Shown here: in pieces, positions 25,801-38,631 of the stretch | Position numbering within the stretch: the stretch's first letter is position 1 | How the letters are laid out: each line of letters begins with the position of its first letter | NCBI GenBank assembly: GCA_030248215.1 | Contig: JASANG010002509.1 | Location: forward strand, 496,001-560,000 | From: Enoplolaimus lenunculus | Lineage: Eukaryota | Length of the DNA stretch: 64,000 nt | Direction of reading: 5' to 3' | Made by a program: the position numbers and the translations under genes | The notes under the pieces: generated by a model | Databases searched by the model: none | Seen by the model: the letters and a program-made list of their open reading frames with translations, nothing else | What the model was told of the DNA's origin: nothing

Positions 25801-28651
25801 TTGTCTGATGAGAGTCCGAATTTAAATATATCCTAAACTTGCAATCGCCGCCTGATACAGGTAAATATTTTACTTGTTGTATAGCACAATATCTGGTCGC
25901 CATATCTGATCATGAGGCAGGTGCATTTTTTTAATTCCTTCATAATTATCAGGATTCCAGCGCAACTTATAATCAACCCACATCTGAAACGTTCGAAATA
26001 CAACAACTCTGTTTATACTTCAAATTGTTACTAAAAATTAGCGCTAAGCGTTTGTAGATATTGGTCTTTATATAGTTATTTTCTGCCAGTGCCGGCGGAA
26101 CCGCGCGCCCCCCCACCCCCAAACTCATCAGCGGGGGGCCCCCGACTCTTCGAGGGCCCCGACCCTCGAGGGTCCCGATCCTTGAGGGACGCACTTTAGC
26201 AAACTATAAAATTTGTTCGATGACCACGAAGTTATAGAGTTGGAAAGCATTTTATTGTGAGCGTCCTCGGACTCAGTTTGGGGGCCCACTATCTTATGGT
26301 CGGCCCTGTTTTTACTGCACAATTATAAATTTGAGGAATGTAGCATTTTGTGTTTTAAGTTAAAATGAATTACTACCGGGAACGTTTCAGCAATTTTGCA
26401 AACATTTTTTTGGTCTGAATTTCAGTTATGCAACTTGCACAATATCTCATGCGTACACCACTTAACTTTTGATTGAACAGTGTGGTGGACACTGTAGTTT
26501 TATTTGGCATATCACACTGCGGTTCAAACGTTACCTGGTGTACGCATGATATTGTGGAAGTAGCATTATTTAATAGCCAATTTTCAGATTCTTATTTTTG
26601 AAATTTGCGCAAAATAAAGACGACCAAATAATCATAAAATTAACTTTTGCCATCCACACTGTCAATTGCACTACTGTACTGCAGTTGCATTCTGTATACT
26701 AAACAACTCCGATGTGTTTCGGAGCACATACATTCGAGTATCAGCAATAACTTAAAATAATTTTCTATAATTTAGTAATAGTGTCAAAGACAATGCGAAT
26801 TAAATATACTTGATTAATCCATGCGTTCGTCGTCAGGATCTGGTTCCTCTCGTCCTACAAAAGAATGTTTCACTGTCGCCAAATAAATCAAGCCATCATG
26901 TAACGATATAAAGCAAATACTTGCCAACTTGTACTGTCAGTTGCGTTCAGCATTCTGGCCAATGTAAACAACATGGGCGGAACAGTATTATAAGCATATT
27001 CCTAAAGCCTAAGTCTAAGCCTAACCCTAAGCCAAGCAAAAAAATTAGTCTACAGTTTTAGCTTTTATCTATTCTAGCGCCACAGAAAAAAAACGTCCCG
27101 CCCCTGATCTTTACATGACCGCATGTTTTTGATTCGGTATGATTTTAGGTTAAGTTTGTCTTTTCTGACATCTTAAAATAAACAATGAAATATATACGCA
27201 GCGTTCAATTTTATCACATATTACAAATGTGTAAGCTCAGGTTTGGGCTTTAGCTTTAAGTCTAGCCATAGTCTTAGGCGCGAACAAAACTACTGCAAGT
27301 AAATCAGGCTTAAAGTCTACCACGTCGTCTCTACATATCGGCAGGTTGAAGCAAAAGTTGTTTTTATTATAAATTAATAACCAGAGTTTTTAGGAAATAA
27401 TTAGGAAATAATAAAATATTTTGAACAAAAAAAAAGAAAGTTTGCCCAATTGTACCACATCGATAATTTGTGTAAGTGAAAATCCAAATGTCACATTCAA
27501 CGGTTGAGTGTGATTGATCGACGGTCGAACGTTTTTCGAATAATTGTGCATTAAATCATGGTACAGCTTGTAGTAAAGATTACGATGATGGATTAATACG
27601 GGATGCGCGACGGTGGGACTACCTGAAATTATAAATTTCCATAAATACTCACCGGGAAGAATCCACGTGAGTCGTAGGATGATGCTTTCAACGACGACCC
27701 AAGCGGTGGTATGATATTGTTGCGATGAAACTATGGTTTTATATCGAGCTCGCAGTGTGTTTTTTTGCGGCCAAATACTAGAAAATTGATGGGTCGGAAT
27801 TACGAAACGAGGTACTGAGATTGGAAGCACAATTTGTAAACATTAAGATAATTTGCTAAATACTCGTTATCACCTGGGTCAATGTATCGAACAGGGCCGT
27901 AACTGTAGTATAAGCATATTTCTATAAGCATAAGCCTGAAACTAAGCCTAAACCTAAGCGTATCAATAAGCTTACCCCGAAGCCAAAGCCCTAAGCAACT
28001 AAACTTTGTGGAAAGCTTAAGATTACTGTATTGCAGTTCCTCAGAAAAACGTTCCGCCCCTCATCTTTACATGTGCCAAAACCCATAGCTTGAAACGTCT
28101 AAGCAAGTAAACGCAGCCAGCATGGTGTGTCCTGTAAATTCCAGTGAGTTGATTAATCAACTCAGAGAGAGAATTAGTTATTTCTGGTTGTTTTTGACTC
28201 AATAACAGTAAACATTAACGCACTCTGAGCCGATTTAATTCTAGATAGTTCAGTGAATAACTGAGCATGAGCTAAATCAATTCAGAATTCCGAGTCGTAA
28301 AAGGCCTAATTCAGAGCTCAGGCTTCTGAGAGTGGATCCAACTCATTCTGAGTAGAAATTAACTCACTGGAATTTACAGTGTGTCACGAGCAACCGTGTA
28401 TTAACAATAAGCGTAATTTTAATGCAACAAAATTGTCGTATAAACGTTCTCAGCTGTTGGACATGTCAAAAAATATAATTTTACTAAATTCATTGTGTTT
28501 TTACCTTCAATTAAGTACACGTCAATGATGCATAACGCGAAACCAATAAATCTGTTAACCAACTAAAAACACACAAAATTGCCATACCTGATGATAAGCT
28601 GAGCAATTTGACTGCAGCGATAACATGCATAATAGCGTTCACAACCTGCAT
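19871..28651 (-). CDS. Nicotinic acetylcholine receptor alpha subunit (Cys-loop cation channel; alpha9/10- or ACR-26-like), ~748 aa, 9 exons
   Basis: Phase-consistent GT-AG exons (minus): 28651-28588 ([22 protein letters not shown], signal peptide; least certain), 27622-27456, 26854-26810 ([15 protein letters not shown]), 25983-25874 ([10 protein letters not shown]), 25136-24998, 24538-24139, 22687-22305, 21058-20279, 20029-19871 ([11 protein letters not shown] + M4, TGA). Cys-loop [15 protein letters not shown]; vicinal cysteines YSCCEEPY (alpha subunit); M2 [17 protein letters not shown]. Confidence 0.93.
21077..21118. repeat. (CAA)n microsatellite next to an nAChR splice acceptor
   Basis: ~14 CAA units. 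Confidence 0.9.
21186..21448. mobile_element. piggyBac-like MITE carrying a tRNA-derived segment
   Basis: TTAA-ccccttctcacat ... atgtgagaaaggg-TTAA; internal GTTCGAATCC B-box. Confidence 0.78.
21640..21941. mobile_element. Palindromic MITE (nAChR intron)
   Basis: tatgtcgtagacc...ctaattaccaattgacctagg / cctaggccaattggtaatttag...tacgacata. Confidence 0.65.
23629..23923. mobile_element. MITE (PIF/Harbinger-like by termini)
   Basis: aagccctattcacacg ... cgtgtgaatgggactt; related pieces at ~24611 and ~28751-28970. Confidence 0.6.
24717..24894. mobile_element. Telomere-repeat MITE (nAChR intron)
   Basis: Diverged family TIRs. Confidence 0.7.
25168..25379. mobile_element. Telomere-repeat MITE, second subfamily (ggcccatgttact TIR)
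   Basis: Matches the copy at 40355-40543. Confidence 0.75.
26957..27120. mobile_element. Telomere-repeat MITE (nAChR intron)
   Basis: Family TIRs. Confidence 0.8.
27877..28077. mobile_element. Telomere-repeat MITE, diverged
   Basis: Family TIRs, degenerate GCCTAA tracts. Confidence 0.72.
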
Positions 28652-29055
28652 GATGCGAACATTATCCACTGGTCAGTATTAATATCGCATTTACATTGAC
28701 ATAATTGAATATTATTTTTCAATAGCTTTATAGTAAGATGTAAAAACACTAAAGCCCAATTCATGCGTGCAAGTTTTTGCAGCAAAATTTCGCAGCTGCA
28801 ACTTGCATGAAATACTTGCAGCTGCAAGTGTTTTTAAACGAACTTTCCGATTGACCAATCAAACTGCAGGTGCAAGAAATCCAAGCGACATGCAGCTGCA
28901 TTCACAGGTGCGAATTAAATTAAGTAGCATATGAATTCCAGTGAATAATTTGCAGCTGCAAGAACTTCAAAGCAACTGAACTGAAACAATGCATATAACC
29001 GTAGAAGAATTTATGTTTCACGCTCATACACGCTTAACCAATGCACAGCAACCAG

Positions 29056-29204
29056 GGCTCATGTATAGAACGGGGCCGGATCGTTTTCCGGCGGGGCCGT
29101 AGTAGAGTCAGTTTAAGCTTTAGACTAACATTTCTGCTTAGGTTTAGGCTTAGGCTTAGGAAAATGCTTATACTACTGTTCTGGCCCTGTTCTATACATT
29201 GGCC
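29056..29204. mobile_element. Telomere-repeat MITE
   Basis: Perfect 8-bp TSD gcaaccag (29048-29055 / 29205-29212). Confidence 0.9.
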
Positions 29205-29461
29205 GCAACCAGAACGATGCGTAGGTGGGACTTGGCTCAGACCATTTTTGAAGTAATCAATTTGGCATTACATTGAGTGAAATTTTTTATGAAAAATTAG
29301 TAAGATCATTTTGTGCCTTACAAATTATTGAAATTGCATATAGTTTGTCGCTCATTTTGCTCACGGGGTTTCATGGACCATTATATATTGTGCCATAACT
29401 CATCTTGCCAAACTTGGTTTTAATTAGCTTCTGAACATCACTTACATGTGTAGCGTTCTAA

Positions 29462-29720
29462 GGGTTGCGCTATACTTTTGTTGAAGCCAGACGCCGTCTG
29501 TAACCGTGCGTCACTCGTACGGCGCCGTTAGTCACCGTGCGTCACAAGTATGGCGCCGTCCGTCGGCGCGCGGTATCATGCGCTGATAACTCACGTATGC
29601 GATAACGTATGGTACGAACGGTGACGGACGTCGCCGTACGCGTGACGCTGGTTGACGGACGGCGCCATACGGGTGACGCACGGTGACGGACGGCGTCGGA
29701 CGTCAAGTATAGCGCAACCC
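29462..29720. mobile_element. MITE with GGGTTGCGCTATACTT TIR and (C/T)TAA flanks (Kolobok-like by termini)
   Basis: TIR pair visible; relatives at ~42913, ~43674, ~56106. Confidence 0.7.
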
Positions 29721-30121
29721 TTAAATTTAGAAAATTTACTAAAAGCAAGATTGAAATAAAACCACGAGAAAGGCACATATTTGTTGCGCTATTCGGTTTT
29801 GTAAGCACATACCTGCAAGCGGTAAGTGCTTTGAGCGATGCTAATGTTTGAAAGAGCCGGTTTTGCGGCTGCCATAAGCTACCGCCTAAGGGGTCCGGGC
29901 ACTAGAGGCTCCTATCTAAACTAATCCAGTGTCCGAGTTTAAAAAATTTTTGTCCCTTCGGCGCAATTTAAATTAAGAGTATTGTGGTGGTTCGCGCTTA
30001 GGCCAGCTGCGCTTATATTCAAACCTAATCTCGACGACAACAAATTGGAATCTTTTCTATTTTTAAAACGATAAAACGATGAAGCTCATCTCGTAGTTTG
30101 GGCAGGGGTTCAGATACCCTA

Positions 30122-30330
30122 CACTGCAAGAAATGGTAAGTCAAATTGACTTTCTCCGAAATAAGCTTTTTCTACCACACAAACTGAGTCAAAATTTGAC
30201 TCCGCCAGAGTCAAATCCGATTCACTAAGTCGCATGTTTGACTCTAGCGGAGTCGAATTTGACTCCGTTTGTGTAGTCCCGTAGAGCCTATTTCGGAATG
30301 AGTCAATTTGATTCACTATTTTTTGCAGTG
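30122..30330. mobile_element. Palindromic CACTG MITE
   Basis: Same family as 50514-50722. Confidence 0.78.
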
Positions 30331-31696
30331 CACTTTGTTTCCACCGTGTGATCTACCTAGGCTTAATCTGCTGGACCCACGTATGTTCCGCAGATGCCTC
30401 TGGTTAAATTCAGCAGTGCCGCTGTGATGTTCATCCCGCCTCGCAACCAAAAATTCAGATGGTGTTTGACGGTTTGTATATACACTGCAAAATATGGCGA
30501 GTCAAATTGGCAGTCTCCGAAATAAAGCTCTACGGGACTACACAAACTGAGTCAAATTCGACTCTCTAAGTTGCACGATTGACTCTAGCAGAGTCGAATT
30601 TTGACTCAGTTTGTGTAGTCAAGAAAAGACCGCATACAACGCTTTAAAACACGGTAAACAACAGTGTTTTTGAACCATTTATTTTTTAAATTTAAGTTTT
30701 ATGACGAACAATGATAAATTTATTATTATTAGCTTTTCAATGCGCAACTAGCAAACTTTTAAAAAGCATCAGATTACACATTATCACAGCTAAAAATGTG
30801 CATGAAATAGGTTTTTCGTTATTCTTAAAGATTCAGCAAAACACATTAGAGGTCATGTAGAAATATGAATTTGTACTGAAAGTAATTTCTAGTATAAATA
30901 GTGTCACTTTTTGTAACACTGACGCATGGCGGTTAACCGGGAACTGCAAATTTAAATTTAGTGCAAAATTGTCAAACTTATATTCCATATGTAATGTATA
31001 TGTCGCGACTCAAATAGCTATTTTCTCCAGGTGACAACTGGGACGTCCCAAGCGACAGTTGGCTTTTGATTAGAGGATTGTACAGACCAAGCAACTACTA
31101 GAATGCAGACTAATTTTGATTGGTTGCTCAGGTTAGACTATATAGAAGAGAACTGACTTGCACAGTAATTATTTGCCTTCACCATATTTGCAAATTATAA
31201 ATTAAACAAGGTTACATTCGGTGAAGAATTGCAATTAATACAAAGGCGCGATGAGATTAGCTGTTCGAAACAACAGTATTAAAAACAGCATTACCCACAT
31301 ATCTTTGTATTCGATTAAACATTACAGCACGCGCTCTCAAAGCTTCGTTTGTACGCTATACAAACCTTGTTTCATTTGTAATTTGCAAATATGGTACAGG
31401 TGAATAATTATTGTGCAAGTTGTTTTTCTCGAACATATTCACAACCAATCACAAACAGTTTCTATTCCAGCAGCTGTTATTATCCAATCAAAAGCGGTTT
31501 GTATTCCAGTAATTGTTTGGACTGCCACAAACACCAACTCACAGCAAATATGGTGAAAACAAATAATCAATGTGCAAGTCAGTTTTCTCGAATAGCCAAA
31601 CCTAACCGTTTGGGGGCATAACATGTATACTTCACGGTAGCTTACGACCAATAAGCTTTAACGAAACATGATTAGAGCATTTTAATTTCATTGTAA

Positions 31697-31993
31697 CGAA
31701 GCTAAAAAAGCTTCAGAGTGCTGCACGCTGAAGACAAAAAGCTTCCGTATCCTGGTTATTGTAGCTTTTTTGGCTTCACTGAAGCTTTTAGGCTTCAGAA
31801 TGCTCTACACTGACACCAAAAAGCTTCAGTATGCACGTATCATGGCTACTGAAGCTTTTTTGGCTTCAATATGCTGGACGCTGATGGCAACAAGCTTCAA
31901 TAGCCAGAATACTGAAGCCTAAAAGCTTCTGTATCCAAGATACTGAAGCTGTTGGTCTCAGTATGCTGAACATTGAAGCCAAAAAAGCTTCAT
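31697..31993. repeat. Array of ~10 short palindromes TGAAGC-N6/7-GCTTCA with variable spacers
   Basis: Units near 31697, 31729, 31760, 31780, 31811, 31850, 31882, 31913, 31944, 31974. Confidence 0.8.
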
Positions 31994-34721
31994 CGAAAAG
32001 GATACTGAACGCTTTGAGGCGGTCCGTGAAGCGATTGAGATATAGACTGGGCACAGACCGTACCAAAATAGACCGTAGCATTAGTCGGACCGCGCCATTG
32101 AAACATTCAAGATGGATCCGGATAGGGCCCTACTCACTAGCATCCGCTAATAAGCGTTGCGGTAATGCCACACACTGCGTAACACAATATCGACCAGCGG
32201 TATTTTTCCCTCAGACTTCAAAAAAGGTTTCGGGCGAGTCAAATTTCGTAACCAGGGTTTCTGAAATAAACACTTAATTCAAGTAAAACGCGGATGCTTA
32301 TCAAATACACAGTCGCCGGCAGGTACGTTGCACATGGCATCGCCTGCGCCCGAACGAGTTTTCTAATAATTTTTATATTTATCAATTTATAGAGTAAAAA
32401 TATCGCTCATTGTTGTCACACTGTCCTGTCAGCCTATTCTACGTTTCGCTCAAACGCGCCCACCCATCAATACAACCCCTACTCTATATTCTGGCGGCGC
32501 CTATGGTCGAACGACAAACGACAACACATGTTATGCAAGACTTGGGTCGGAAAATTTAATCGCGTAAATGGAATTTCAGGAAACCATTTTCCTAAAACGC
32601 ACATTGAATCCGAACGCAAACAAAATTGATTTTCGCAGTTTTGAAAAATCAATTTTGTATTCAAAAATGTCCCATCCATTCAAACCCAAGCCGGTGTCAC
32701 GTTTCAATGAAATTTCAAAAGACAACAACTCGGGTTTATGGTATCGGCAAAAATCGACATAAACACAAAAGTAAACGGTTTGGAACTCGAGACGCTCTTA
32801 ATCCCACGGCGGTGAGCGCAAGAGCGTAGCCAGCTCACCTTGCTAGAGGGGGGCTAAAAAATTTTCAAGAGGGGCATTCAAGGGTTTTTAATGACTTACA
32901 AACAAGGTTGGAAATTTTGTAGGGTGGCTAAAAATTATGTCAGGGTGGGAGGGCTGAGTCCCCGGGCACTCCCTTGGCTACAAGCCCGGGTCACTGAGGT
33001 ATATTTAATATTGATATAAACTTGACATATCTTGTAGATTAACTTTAAAAACAAACTCAATTTTCACAATTTTCCATAAAAGAACGTTTATATCAACAAC
33101 ATTTATTTCTTATGTACCTGGTCTTTTCAAACTTAATCGAACCAGGAAGACCCATCGGCTTGCAAGACGGGCGTCGACCTCATGCAACAAAGCCCATTGC
33201 AACGACGTATTCAACTCGTTTTGTTCTATATTTGCAATATGGCTTGCGTGCTGTCCAGCGGAATATCTTATAGCCAAAGTTGTGCAGTTGAAAATTCGCT
33301 AATTTTTTACTACATATTCCTACAAATATAGGAATCGGTAAAGAAAGCTTGCAGCTGTAATGACTTTATACCTAAGGACCGTATTCTCAAATGTGTGTAA
33401 CACCTATCACCATAAGTGATCAATCTGGTAACTTTCGAATCGTTGAATGCTGATGCTTAAAATTGAGCACATTTTTCGCATATGATTTGTTCTACTCCTG
33501 TGCCAATTTTGAGTTCAACAACTGCAATCTTTAGTGAGTTTAAAAACCAATCATATACTAACTAGATCGTAGTTGTTTTCTACGTTTGAGAATATGGGCC
33601 CAGGTGCTAGCACCAATGCATATTAACAAGAAAAGTGTTGGTTTAAATTTCAATAAGACATTAACACTCGCTCAAATAAATGTTCGCCTTGAGTTTGAAA
33701 AAACTTCCACACAGTTTTAGAACCGGGGGATATAATACAAACCGTTAAAGCACAATACATTTTGGATAAATAATGAACGCTAGACGCTTGAAACCGTTCC
33801 ACTTATGATTAATAGTAGGTATACTGCGATATGCAATGTGCGCCGCTATTTTTATTATCTTAGGTTGACTGGTTTAAAAAAATACGGCATTTTAAAGACA
33901 TAACCCGAACCATTTGGCTGATTTTTTTGACCAGATCAAACCAGATCACTCTATGGTGCCATATAATGTTTTATAATATGCGTTATAATCCAAGCTGATT
34001 GCTATTTAAGACACGGATTTAGCTTAATGATCGGAGTGGGGCGGAACAGACGTTGGCAATTGATCCTAAATCATTAAGTATATTTCTACGCAATCCTCGC
34101 TTTCTAGTGATACAATTTAAGTGACACATTGGCATGAATTTATGAAAATATTTTATAAGTCAAATGCAACCGAATTGAATTATAGCTAATATTTTCGGGC
34201 GACAACTTTTTGACGCTGGTATATTACCACGGGTAAACAATTTCAAAGCGCAGGTAATAAAAGATTGTTAATTTTTTGCCGAATTAAAGTTTGGGTAAAC
34301 AAACGAAAAAAACAACGTATCATAACGGAGGGTAAAGATGGGTCGCGGGTAAAGCAATGCTGCACAAGTAAGTCCACCGGTACTCAAATAAAATTTGCGC
34401 CGGTAAAGCGCGGGTCGAGAAAACAAATCTTTAACCACTCACATTTCTGAGCCTAAAAGAGGAATATTGCGAAATAAACCTAAAAGAACATACAAGCTTG
34501 TAGCCATCACACATTGATAAGGGGGAGGGGGTGGCTAAAAATTATTCAGGAGGGGCATTCTAGGGTTTTTAATGACTTGCAAGCAAGATTGAAAATTTTC
34601 TTGAGGGACGAAAATTATTTCAGGGGAGATGAGCCCCTCCTGCTCCCCCCTTGGCTACGTTCCTGAGAGCATACCTATCTCCTGAACTACTACACACCTG
34701 AGTTTGTTTATAACTTGCACA

Positions 34722-35396
34722 CACTGTAAATTTCAGTGAGTGGATTTTAACTCAGAATGAGTTGAATCACTCAGTCTGAGTTAGGACTATCAGAACTCAG
34801 AATTTTGAGTTGATTCAATACAGTTTGAGTTAATTAACCAACTCACCCAAAGTTAACTTAACTCAGAGTAAGAATCAACTCAACTCGGAGTGAGTTTACG
34901 TTTACTGATATTAATTCATAAATAACCAACTCACTAGCTGAATTGATTAATCAACTCATTGGAATTTACAGTGCAATGTAAACCAACCTGTAAAACAGGC
35001 TTTCACATTACTGTTTCAACTGATGTACATCTGCAATATTTCCGCAAGCTTGAAGCTTAAACTCAAGCTTAAGCCTAATGCTATGTCTAGGCCTGAGATA
35101 ATATCAAAAACTGTCCTGATGAAAGTCAGGCTACAACAGTGGCACTTTGTAAATTGCGATCAGTTGATTAATCAATTCAGCTAGCGAGTTGGTTATTTCT
35201 GAATTAATATCAGTAAACATTAACTCATTCTGAGTTGAGTTAATTCTCACTCTGAGTAGAGTTGACTCTGGGTGCGTTGGTTATTTAACTCAGAATGAAT
35301 TGAATCAACTGAAAATTCTGAATTCTGATAATCCTAACTCAAACTGAGTGATTCAACTCATTCTGAGTGAAAATCAGCTCACTGAAATTTACAGTG
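34722..35396. mobile_element. Two inverted copies of a second CACTG MITE family (AACTCA/TGAGTT-rich)
   Basis: 34722-34973 and 35143-35396 are reverse-complement homologues; other copies at ~28131-28382 and ~17777-17900. Confidence 0.8.
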
Positions 35397-36850
35397 GCTT
35401 GCTTTAACACCTCGCCGACATGTGATTAAACCGAATAGTTGGCAAAGTCGCCTTCGCAACATTGGCCAATCTAAACAGTTCACAGTGGTACACATCATTT
35501 TATACAAAAAAAATGCAGCAATCAAACGCAAAAATAGGCCAGTTTTTTCTAGCTAACACATACAACAACCCTAGTAATGATTTGATTTGTTCTCCAGTAG
35601 TTTCTGTTGTCTTTATCTCAACATAATTTTTGCCGATAATGGGTTGCATCGCAGCCATGCCCCCCCTCTGTGTCAATGGGGGTTAAATCGAAAATTTTGC
35701 CGTATGATTTAGTACTGAAATTGTGTTTGATATCTTGCTCGCTTTGCTCGTTTGGTTCGGTTAACACACTGTGTCCCCGTTTGAAACTCCTTAATCCGCC
35801 GCTGCTAGCGATGAATACAGGTCCGCAACTAAGGAATGGTAGCGAATTGAGGGATCGACGAGGGTGCCGGTCCTTAAGAACATTTTTGGTATCCTGGACG
35901 ACGGTTTTTCGACATCTTTAAAGCAATGCTAAGTTGAATAAAATTGTCTTTGTCCATTCACGAAACATTGTTTCCTCCATCCTGATAATTCCTGGTTACG
36001 GACTGAGATCCAAAAAAGTATTAATGATTTGTCCAGTTCAAAAATGAATTTAAACTGATTTATCAATATTTCGCTTTTTACAAACCGTATCTAAACCAAC
36101 ATAGTTTAAATTTATTTCCAGTACCCCTGGCGTTGCTCACAAGCGCTCGTAGCCAGCTCACCTTGGTTTAGGGGTCTAAAAAAATTTTTAGGAGGGACAT
36201 ACAAGGGTTTTTTGATAAGTTACAAGCAAGGTTGAAACATTTATAGAGGGGTCTGAAGTTTTTAAAAGGGGGGGTTGAGTCTCCCCCTGTCCCCCTAGCT
36301 GCCGGACGGGCGCTCTTCAAATAAATAATTTTTTCTTTTACAAAGGTCGAAGAAAGCCAGTTGTTTCTTCTCCGACGCTCGAAAATGCTCTGACGTTGCG
36401 TATAGCCTTGGGCCAAAGTATCTAAATAATGCCCCTGTTGCACAGTATCCTGCCATAGCGCAGTTTGTTTCTAATGAAAAGTAGTTTGTTGTGCCAATGA
36501 CAGTCCTAAATCGAATAATAGACCGCTCGTAGATGTATCATCGTAATTTTGGCAAACATTATCATAAACAATTTTTAGTAGCTTGAGACCATACGAGTTT
36601 CTCATTGGAATATTTTCTATTTCATCTGAGATGTAATTTTCAAATTGCTTAGGAACCGCATAGATGATCAATTCCAATAACTGTAACTAAAACCGAATTT
36701 CTAAAGTAGGCGCTTTCACCAGACCTGTGAAAATTGTTTTCAGTGGTGTTGCTGATGTTAAAGCCTAACCGCTAAATAATTCACAGTTTACTGATAATGG
36801 CAAACCTGCAACTCACAATGTCTTTTAAAGGACGCGTGCCGTACAAAGTA

Positions 36851-37059
36851 CACTGCAAAAAATGACGAGTCAAATTGGCTCTCTCCGACATAAGCTTTAC
36901 GGGACTATAGAGTCTGAGTCAAATTCAACTCGGGCTGAGTCAAATTCGGATTAATTAGGCGCACGTTTGACTCTGGTGGTGTCGAATTTGACGTAGTTTG
37001 TGTAGTCCCGTAGAGCCTGTTTCATACGAAGTCAATTTGACTCACCATTTTTTACAGTG
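36851..37059. mobile_element. Palindromic CACTG MITE
   Basis: TA-flanked; same family as 50514-50722. Confidence 0.8.
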
Positions 37060-37685
37060 TAATATTAATGCCGGTCCGGGGCAGTAGTCAGTGTTGCTAA
37101 CGCAGTGCCAGACACGTTTGTGTGTTTGTTTGCAATAATAACACCTAAACATTTATTTACCGCATCATCATTGAAACACGTTAGTGTTTACAATATATGT
37201 TTCAAGCATCGAGAATGCCCGCTTTTTGAAAGTTTTGCAGAATGTTCTCTGCAGGAAAGCAGAGCTGGAATGAGGCAACTTGCGTATAGAATATCCTAAT
37301 TAGCCGCTTCGACACCATACACAAATTGGACAGCTAAACGTCTCATTTAAGTTGTTATTAAAAGTTTGATTTTTGTAATTTTTCGAAAAAATTGTATTAC
37401 AAATATGTAATTACCATAGCTAGTCGATATTATTGTGTGATGCTAATGACACCGTGCAATAGATTACGTGTCCTTGCGATGTTTGTCTACTGAAATTTCT
37501 AACTAAGACAGTAATATTTTGTAATAACATCCTATGCATTATAGCTTAGAACAGGCTGCTTTTTGGTGGATTCCAACGGAGCAAGTATACGCTTTAAGAC
37601 TTATATTTTGTTTAAGCTTAGGCGTACGCTTAGGAGTACTCTTAGCATAAAACCTCACCGTACCCCATGTAAAAGAAAGAAACTA

Positions 37686-38599
37686 GGTAAAAGTGCCCCT
37701 AGAAGGGACATATTGTGATATGTTTCGCTTGAAGCATGTAAAAAGTTTAAACAAGGGTTAGTTAGACCATAGATCAGTAGGTAATGCTAATAATATTAGC
37801 TCCATAACTTTTATGAAAATAGTTGCCATTTATATCTTTGACGGCTGTCTTTCAGTGTTAACACGCTTGCGGTCAGTGAAACAAGAAACATATGGGCCCA
37901 GCAAACTTTCATCTGTTAAGCTATAAATCGACACTATGGGTTTTCAAGGCGTTCTAAAGTACAACTCTCAACATGCCTTTCGTATAACAGTCAGTTGCTT
38001 TTTAAAGTTATCTCAATTGAGCGCCTGCAGAACATGTTCTTTGAAATATCTTGCAACGTTTGAATGGTATTTTCTAGATGAATAGCTTAAATATGTCATG
38101 GCACAGAACACAATTTGGAAAAGTTTCTCGACTTCACATCATCAAATTGTCACGGTAAAGATAGGTAAAATAGTCGAGCACGTATGCGTGACATTTTTTA
38201 TTCAATAGACGCAATTTGTAATCTTGCAATATTGAAATATTTACTAATCAAGTTTTAGAAACATAAATATTTTAAAACTCAAAAAATATTTTCTTCCAAT
38301 GAAGAATGCTAGATAGATCACTTATAAACTGAACATTGTACAACCCAACAAACGCCAAAATTAAGCTGATAGGTGATGTCCGCTCTGCCCAGATGTTTCT
38401 TGTTTCACTGACCGCAAGCGTGTTAACACTGAAAGACAGCCGTCAAAGATATAGCTGACAACTATTTTCATAAAAGTTATGGAGCTAATATTATTAGCAT
38501 TACCTCATGATCTATGGTCTAACTAACCCTTGTTTAAACTTTTTACATGCTTCAACCGAAACATATCACAATAATGTCCCTTCTAGGGGCACTTTTACC
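37686..38599. mobile_element. Non-autonomous DNA transposon with ~205-bp near-perfect TIRs
   Basis: 37686-37891 is the reverse complement of ~38393-38599; TA on both flanks; a TIR fragment recurs near 51160. Confidence 0.85.
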
Positions 38600-38631
38600 T
38601 AATATTAATATTGCGCACCCAATTATCTAGA

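Noticed and set aside
31697..31993. CRISPR-like appearance (palindromic repeats with variable spacers)
   Set aside because: Repeats are degenerate and in mixed orientation, spacers are only ~0-20 bp, there are no cas genes and the context is eukaryotic.
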